32,000 nt of DNA, taken from Alkanindiges illinoisensis DSM 15370. GTDB taxonomy: Bacteria > Pseudomonadota > Gammaproteobacteria > Pseudomonadales > Moraxellaceae. Within the stretch, counting starts at the first letter, position 1; each line of letters opens with the position of its first letter. Shown piece by piece: positions 10,044-15,419 of the stretch. The notes under the pieces were generated by a model. The model ran no database searches. It had not been told where the DNA came from and worked only from the letters and a program-made list of their open reading frames with translations. Both the position numbers and the translations under genes were made by a program. The stretch lies in contig NZ_KK211037.1 in assembly GCF_000619845.1 (NCBI RefSeq), forward strand, positions 60,001 through 92,000. Direction: 5' to 3'.

Positions 10044-10081
10044 GAGTCAGGCCAAAGCTAATTTCAACTCCAGCCTGACTC
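10044..10081. terminator. Inverted repeat GAGTCAGGC-N20-GCCTGACTC between convergent genes
   Basis: Perfect 9-bp arms, read directly from the sequence. It lies between the 3' ends of the 9251-9967 ORF (+) and the dehydrogenase (-). The loop is long and there is no clear U-tract, so terminator function is tentative. Confidence 0.35.
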
Positions 10082-10111
10082 AATACCATCAAAAAACTAT
10101 AATGATGTTGT

Positions 10112-11446
10112 TTACCTTGGCGACACGCGCCACACCACATCACCCACATCATCGGCTACTAGGATCGCGCCCGCCTTGTCTACCGTAACGCCAACCGGAC
10201 GACCCAGCGCATCACCGTTTTCATTGACAAAGCCACTAAGCACATCTTGCGGTTTACCCGCTGGTTGACCATTTTGAAATGGCACAAAAATCACCTTGTA
10301 GCCACTGCGCGGTTTGCGATTCCACGAGCCATGCTGGCCAATCAATACGCCATTTTTATATTGAGGCATTAAATCAGCCTTATAAAAGCTTAAGCCCAAG
10401 GATGCGGTATGGTTGCCCAGTGCATAATCCGGTTTAAGGGCCTTGGCAACCAGATCCGGATTTTGCGGTTTTACCCGGGCATCCACATGCTGGCCATAGT
10501 AGCTATAGGGCCAGCCATAAAACGCCCCATCCTTAACCGAGGTCATATAGTCCGGTACCAGATCGCTGCCAATTTCGTCACGTTCATTCACTGCAGTCCA
10601 GAGTGCCCCGGTTTGCGGTTGCCAGTCCATGCCATTGGGATTGCGCAATCCGGTGGCAAAAGGACGTACCTTGCCACTGGCAATATCAAATTCCGGAATG
10701 CGCGCGCGATCCTGTTCCTTGTCCAGCCCGTTTTCAGCGGCATTGCTGTTGGAACCCACCGTAATGTAGAGCTTGCTGCCATCGGCACTGGCAATCACAT
10801 TTTTGGTCCAGTGATGGTTAATTGGCCCGGCCGGTAAATTCAGTACTTTGGTGCCCGCGGTCTGAATACTGGTTGCACCCGGGGTATAATCAAAGCGCAT
10901 CAGGCTATCAGTATTGGCGATATAGAGTGCGTTACCGACCAGTGTCATGCCAAAGGGCGAGTTCAGGTTTTTCAAAAATACGGTGTGCTGGTCGGCAACT
11001 CCATCGCCATTGGTATCACGCAGCAGGCTAATCTGGTTGGCACTGGGATGGGATGAACCCGCGCGTTTCATCACCAGTGTCATGATTTTGCCTTTAATGC
11101 CCTTGCTGTCTTCCGGCTTGGGCGGTGCATCGGTTTCAGCCACCAGCACGTCACCATTAGGCAGTACATACAGCCAGCGCGGATGAATCAGGCCACCCGC
11201 AAATTTTTGTACTTTTAATCCACTGGCTGCAACGGGCATGGTATTGGCAGGCCAACCCTTGGCTGGTGCAATATGTACTGTGGGGAGCAGGCTTTTCTGC
11301 GGCGCGGGCAGTACCGGATTAGCGCCATAGCTGGCATCAATCGGTAGGTTGGCTTTGTGGCCGCAGCCGGTCAGGCACAGTAGCCCTGCACTGGCCAGTA
11401 TGGAAAATTTCACGGAAATAGACATTGGGTGAACTCCAGTCAGCAT
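10112..11446 (-). CDS. PQQ-dependent sugar (glucose/sorbosone-type) dehydrogenase family lipoprotein
   Basis: Motifs typical of the beta-propeller GSDH family: GLRNPNGMDWQPQTGALWTAVNERDEIGSDLVPDYMT...GAFYGWPYSYYG. Lipobox LCLTGC. The likely true start is the ATG at 11425 (MSISVKF...). Confidence 0.8.
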   Translation of the reverse strand: MLTGVHPMSISVKFSILASAGLLCLTGCGHKANLPIDASYGANPVLPAPQKSLLPTVHIAPAKGWPANTMPVAASGLKVQKFAGGLIHPRWLYVLPNGDVLVAETDAPPKPEDSKGIKGKIMTLVMKRAGSSHPSANQISLLRDTNGDGVADQHTVFLKNLNSPFGMTLVGNALYIANTDSLMRFDYTPGATSIQTAGTKVLNLPAGPINHHWTKNVIASADGSKLYITVGSNSNAAENGLDKEQDRARIPEFDIASGKVRPFATGLRNPNGMDWQPQTGALWTAVNERDEIGSDLVPDYMTSVKDGAFYGWPYSYYGQHVDARVKPQNPDLVAKALKPDYALGNHTASLGLSFYKADLMPQYKNGVLIGQHGSWNRKPRSGYKVIFVPFQNGQPAGKPQDVLSGFVNENGDALGRPVGVTVDKAGAILVADDVGDVVWRVSPR

Positions 11447-11708
11447 CGGTTAAAAGGCCTAAGCGGCATGGTTTAAAACCTGTCAGCTTAAAAAACGGGT
11501 TTAGCCTGTCCAGGGCAGCAACATCCGTGGCCTGATGGTTTATTATGGATTTACTGTAGGCCAATGGACAAAAATCACTGTCATTGTCCTGTTGAAACAA
11601 GTTGCTGATTGGTTACAGCAAGCGCTTCATTTCACATTGGTTTTTATTTATGGGGTGGCAATTTTTTAGCCGGGAACGCATTCGCCGCATTTTTTGTGAA
11701 AAATAGTG

Positions 11709-11737
11709 CTTGCAAAAACACCACATTGCCCCAAGAT
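11709..11737 (+). promoter_or_regulatory. Sigma-32 (heat-shock) type promoter for dnaJ
   Basis: CTTGCAA (11709-11715), a 13-nt spacer, then CCCCAAGAT (11729-11737). The E. coli sigma-32 consensus is CTTGAAA-N13-15-CCCCATNT. It lies about 40 nt upstream of dnaJ. Confidence 0.5.
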
Positions 11738-11773
11738 TAGCCGCAATTGTTTAATTGATTTTGGTTAGGAGTT

Positions 11774-12892
11774 ATGCCAGCCATGGCAAAGAGAGACTAC
11801 TACGAGGTTTTAGGGTTATCCAAAGGTGCAGGCGAGGACGAAATTAAAAAGGCCTATCGCAAGCTGGCCATGAAATATCATCCGGACCGTAATCCTGATA
11901 ACAAGGAAGCTGAGGAAAAATTCAAGGAAGCTTCAGAAGCCTATGAAGTCTTGTCCGATAGCGACAAGCGTTCTGCCTATGACCGCATGGGACACAGTGC
12001 CTTTGAAGGCATGGGTGGCTTTGGCGGTGGCGGCGGCTTTAACGCGCAGGATATCTTTAGCCAGTTTGGTGATATTTTTGGCGATATGTTTGGTGGCCGT
12101 GCGGGCGGTGGCCAACGTCAGCGCCGTGGGGCAGACCTGCGTTATGTGCTGGAATTGACCCTGGAAGAAGCAGTTAAGGGCGTGAAAAAAACCATCAGCT
12201 TTACGGCACCAGCGGCCTGTGAAGCCTGTAATGGCAAAGGTTCCAAAAATCCGGAAGATGTCACTACCTGCCAGACCTGTCATGGTTCGGGTCAGGTGCG
12301 CATGCAGCAGGGTTTCTTTTCAGTTCAGCAAACCTGTCATACCTGTCAGGGCCGTGGCAAGATTGTCAAAAATCCGTGTAATGTCTGCCATGGCGCGGGT
12401 GTGGCTGAACGCAAGCGCACACTGGAAGTCAGTATTCCAGCCGGGGTGGATAACGGTGACCGCGTTCGCCTGACCGGTGAAGGCGAAGCGGGTGGTGCTG
12501 GTGTTCAGCCTGGCGATTTGTATGTAGAAGTGGTGGTGCGCGAGCATGCCGTATTCCAGCGTGATGGTGCCGATTTGTACATGGATGTGCCCATTAGCTT
12601 TACCGATGCAGCACTGGGCAAGGAAGTGGAAATTCCAACGCTTGATGGTCGTGTGAGCCTGAAAATTCCTGAAGGCACCCAGACTGGCAAGCTGTTCCGT
12701 CTGCGCGGCAAGGGTGTAAAACCGGTACGTACCAGTATGGTGGGTGATTTACTGTGCCGTGTGGTGGTGGAAACTCCGGTGAATCTAACCAGCCGCCAGA
12801 AAGAACTGTTACAGGAACTGCAAGCCACACTGGATGGTGATGACAAGCAATCGCCCAAGAAAAAGTCATTTTTTGAGCGCCTGTTTGACTGA
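11774..12892 (+). CDS. dnaJ: Molecular chaperone DnaJ (Hsp40)
   Basis: J domain ([34 protein letters not shown]), G/F-rich linker, four CxxCxGxG zinc-finger repeats and a C-terminal substrate-binding domain. The likely start is the ATG at 11783 (MAKRDYYE). Confidence 0.97.
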   Translation: MPAMAKRDYYEVLGLSKGAGEDEIKKAYRKLAMKYHPDRNPDNKEAEEKFKEASEAYEVLSDSDKRSAYDRMGHSAFEGMGGFGGGGGFNAQDIFSQFGDIFGDMFGGRAGGGQRQRRGADLRYVLELTLEEAVKGVKKTISFTAPAACEACNGKGSKNPEDVTTCQTCHGSGQVRMQQGFFSVQQTCHTCQGRGKIVKNPCNVCHGAGVAERKRTLEVSIPAGVDNGDRVRLTGEGEAGGAGVQPGDLYVEVVVREHAVFQRDGADLYMDVPISFTDAALGKEVEIPTLDGRVSLKIPEGTQTGKLFRLRGKGVKPVRTSMVGDLLCRVVVETPVNLTSRQKELLQELQATLDGDDKQSPKKKSFFERLFD

Positions 12893-12946
12893 CCAAGCCA
12901 TGAAGCGATAGTCCTTATCGCGATTATTGTGACGTGTATAAATGCG

Positions 12947-12975
12947 AAAAGCCCATCTTACTAGATGGGCTTTTT
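12947..12975 (+). terminator. Rho-independent terminator of dnaJ
   Basis: Stem GCCCATCT (12951-12958), loop TACT, stem AGATGGGC (12963-12970), followed by TTTTT and preceded by AAAA. Confidence 0.75.
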
Positions 12976-13089
12976 GATATGTGGTCGGTTCAGGCAACAA
13001 ATAACCTGAGCATGACTAATCTGGGGGCAGATTGAATCGTCAGACAATAAAAATTATGATAGGCCAAATAAAATTGATTTTATAAGAAT

Positions 13090-14193
13090 ATGTCACCACA
13101 CATTCGCCTGAACATGATTGTCAAAAATGAAGCTGCGGTGATCCTGCGCTGTCTTGCTTCGGTCAAGCCGTGGATTAATTCCTGGGTTATTGTCGATACG
13201 GGTTCCAGTGATGGCACACAGGACATGATTCGGCAGTATATGCAGGATCTGCCGGGACAATTGTTTGAACGTTCCTGGAAAAATTTTGGCCATAACCGCA
13301 GCGAAGCCCTAGAACTGGCGCTCACTGATGAGTTGCCCCCTGCGGATTATTTATTGTTTATTGATGCAGACGAAACCCTGCTGGTGGCTGAGCAGTTTCG
13401 CTATCCTGAACTGGACGGCACAGCTTACTATTTTGAATGCCTGTACGATCACATATGCTATCAGCGCAATGCGCTGGTTTCTACGCGGCTGCCTTGGCGC
13501 TGGAAAGGAGTATTGCACGAATATCTGGATTCGCCCATGCCGCATCAGTGGCAAACGCTGGAAGGGCTCCGTATTTTTGTACAGCACGACAGCGCCCGTG
13601 GCAAGGACGCAACCACTTACCTTAAAGATATTGCCTTGCTACAGCAGGGAATTCAGGATGAGCCGGACAATTTGCGCTACCAGTTTTATCTGGCACAAAG
13701 CTATCAGGATGCGGGGATGCTGGACGCGGCCTTGCAGGCTTATCAGCAGCGTGCCAGTGCCGCTGGCTGGGAAGAGGAACGCTGGATGGCCCAGTTTCGT
13801 GCGGCCCAGTTAACCGAGCGCTTAAACTATCCCATTGAACAAGTGTATCTGGCTTATTTGCAGGCATGGATCAGTCGGCAGCAACGTGCTGAGCCTTTGT
13901 ATGAACTGGCACGTTTTTATCGTGAACGGCAATTGTATGACACTGCCTGCTATTTTGCTCAGCAAGCGGTTAATATTACCCAGCCGGATGACCTGTTATT
14001 TGTCGACCATAGCGTGTATGCATGGCGGGCACTTGATGAACTCAGTGTATCGGCCACCTACTGCGCGCCTTATAAGCAAGCAGGCCAAGTTGCCATGTCA
14101 CAACTCATTCAGCAACAAAAATTTCCTCCTAGTGAAAAAGCGAGAATTGAAGCCAATAGGATGTTCTATGATTTGGACGCGCATCTGGTTTAA
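13090..14193 (+). CDS. Family-2 glycosyltransferase with a C-terminal helical-repeat (TPR-like) domain
   Basis: The N-terminal GT-A fold signature is LNMIVKNEAAVILRCLASVKPWINSWVIVDTGSSDGT...FGHNRSEALELA...LLFIDADE (DxD motif). The C-terminal half is a helical repeat (YQFYLAQSYQDAGMLDAALQAYQQR...LYELARFYRERQLYDTACYFAQQA). Confidence 0.8.
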   Translation: MSPHIRLNMIVKNEAAVILRCLASVKPWINSWVIVDTGSSDGTQDMIRQYMQDLPGQLFERSWKNFGHNRSEALELALTDELPPADYLLFIDADETLLVAEQFRYPELDGTAYYFECLYDHICYQRNALVSTRLPWRWKGVLHEYLDSPMPHQWQTLEGLRIFVQHDSARGKDATTYLKDIALLQQGIQDEPDNLRYQFYLAQSYQDAGMLDAALQAYQQRASAAGWEEERWMAQFRAAQLTERLNYPIEQVYLAYLQAWISRQQRAEPLYELARFYRERQLYDTACYFAQQAVNITQPDDLLFVDHSVYAWRALDELSVSATYCAPYKQAGQVAMSQLIQQQKFPPSEKARIEANRMFYDLDAHLV

Positions 14194-14229
14194 GTTGAAT
14201 GATTAATAGAATAGAGAATGATCCCAATA

Positions 14230-14258
14230 AACAACCTGATTTTTAACATCAGGCTGTT
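14230..14258. terminator. Hairpin between the convergent glycosyltransferase and tail-collar genes (possible bidirectional terminator)
   Basis: AACAACCTGAT / loop TTTTAAC / ATCAGGCTGTT gives an 11-bp stem with one mismatch. There are T-rich runs on both strands. Confidence 0.55.
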
Positions 14259-14278
14259 TGCATGGATGAGGCAGTAGA

Positions 14279-14875
14279 TTAAGGACGTGATGGATAGATA
14301 CCATTAATACAAATAATATAATTGAGTGCCAGATAGGGATTGCTGGCATCAAACGGCTGACTGCCGCCCACAATGCCTGTTGTACCTGAATTTAACTGCG
14401 CCGCAATATTGGCTTGTATCGGTTTCATGTTGGCAAGCTGGGTGGTATCTGGCGTGTAGCTATTTAAGGTATTGATGCCATCATTAACATTGGCCCATAC
14501 CGCATTCGTGGGATCAGTGGTTGTACCGTTGCCCGAGCTACCTTGCGGCTGTATGGTGGCAGTCGCGGTAACTTGCTGTGCATCCAGTGAATGCGCGTGA
14601 GCAGGCAAATTGGCAAGCGTTAAACTAATATTTCGGCTACCGCCCTGACCACCCAGGGGAAACTGATTGTTGTCAACACCCACAATGGCGCGGCCATTTA
14701 AGTTGGGCAGGGCAAAGGTGGTTTGTCCATTGCCCCCATAAGTGGTGCCTAACAGTGAAAACAACGCGGTATATTGTGAAATGGAGAGGAGTTGTCCGTT
14801 GCATGACATCCATCCCTGTGGGGCGAAGTCAAAGGCCACCACGCTGATTTCTCCAACAAATGATTCCAGAGCCAT
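14279..14875 (-). CDS. Phage tail collar domain protein (MdpB / 'microcystin-dependent protein' family)
   Basis: 198 aa. FVGEISVVAFDFAPQGWMSCNGQLLSISQYTALFSLLGTTYGGNGQTTFALPNLNGR plus the C-terminal NPYLALNYIICINGIYPSR are the canonical conserved blocks of this family. There is no signal peptide. Confidence 0.9.
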   Translation of the reverse strand: MALESFVGEISVVAFDFAPQGWMSCNGQLLSISQYTALFSLLGTTYGGNGQTTFALPNLNGRAIVGVDNNQFPLGGQGGSRNISLTLANLPAHAHSLDAQQVTATATIQPQGSSGNGTTTDPTNAVWANVNDGINTLNSYTPDTTQLANMKPIQANIAAQLNSGTTGIVGGSQPFDASNPYLALNYIICINGIYPSRP

Positions 14876-14945
14876 ATTATTTTTCCCTAATAGATTTGAT
14901 TAAAATTAGAGTGGTATTTTGATCCACAGTCGAATTAAAGCGATT

Positions 14946-15287
14946 CTAGACAGGGTCGGCTATACCTAAAACATCGTATTTTTTGTGCAGTAGATTGAGC
15001 TTTTTATGAATGGTTTTGCGATGACTGTACACGGTTGCAATGCTGATATTCAATTGAAAGGCAATCTGTTGACTCCCTTGTCCTTCAGTCATCAGCAGCA
15101 CAATGCTTTTTTCACGTTCGGTTAAACTGGCCAAAAATTCAGGGTAGTATGAGGCGTATTTCAGCAGGCAGGCTTTATGGTGGATATTGAGCTTTTTATA
15201 AATATTTTCTTGATGGGTAGTGACAGTTCGTTCGCTGATATATAGTTTTTCGGCAATTTGTTTGATTAAAAAACCATCAGCGCGCAT
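14946..15287 (-). CDS. Small protein made of two tandem LuxR/GerE-type HTH domains. The first domain is N-terminally incomplete as annotated.
   Basis: Domain 2 is complete: LTEREKSIVLLMTEGQGSQQIAFQLNISIATVYSHRKTIHKKLNL. Domain 1 (ADGFLIKQIAEKLYISERTVTTHQENIYKKLNI) lacks its first helix. The gene is AT-rich, about 38% GC by eye. Confidence 0.75.
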   Translation of the reverse strand: MRADGFLIKQIAEKLYISERTVTTHQENIYKKLNIHHKACLLKYASYYPEFLASLTEREKSIVLLMTEGQGSQQIAFQLNISIATVYSHRKTIHKKLNLLHKKYDVLGIADPV

Positions 15288-15336
15288 TTAAAAAAATTTT
15301 TCGCTCACGTCGGGTTAACGTTGCTAGTATTGTCAT
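15277..15336 (-). pseudogene. 19-codon fragment encoding the missing first helix of LuxR HTH domain 1, out of frame with the CDS at 14946-15287
   Basis: Minus-strand ATG at 15336 gives MTILATLTRRERKIFLNAR*. LTRRERKIFL is the canonical start of a GerE domain (compare LTEREKSIVLL in domain 2). Removing one A from the minus-strand AAATG (plus-strand TTT at 15287-15289) fuses the two frames to LTRRERKIFLMRADGFLIKQIAEKL, which aligns without gaps to domain 2. Confidence 0.55.
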
Positions 15337-15356
15337 GGCATTGTTCTCAACCTGAT

Positions 15357-15387
15357 CAGTCCGCAGGCTGTAAAAGCCGGCGGACTG
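15357..15387 (-). terminator. GC-rich hairpin between the collagen-like gene and the HTH gene
   Basis: CAGTCCGCAGGC / loop TGTAAAA / GCCGGCGGACTG gives a 12-bp stem with one mismatch. No U-tract follows on the minus strand, so it may be a partial terminator or an RNA-stabilising element rather than a full terminator. Confidence 0.45.
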
Positions 15388-15419
15388 AGGCTTAACGGAT
15401 GAATTAAACCGGCTGATCC

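Noticed and set aside
11337-11600. 87-aa minus-strand ORF in the intergenic region upstream of dnaJ
   Set aside because: It overlaps the 5' end and signal peptide of the dehydrogenase gene in another frame, and I see no ribosome-binding site or recognisable motif. It is probably a chance ORF.
15287-15301. The A7/T5 homopolymer tract (plus strand) as a slipped-strand phase-variation switch for the HTH gene
   Set aside because: Changing either long run by one base produces an in-frame stop rather than a fusion. Only a change in the adjacent 3-nt run restores the frame, so classical homopolymer phase variation is not supported, although a sequencing error near the tract remains possible.
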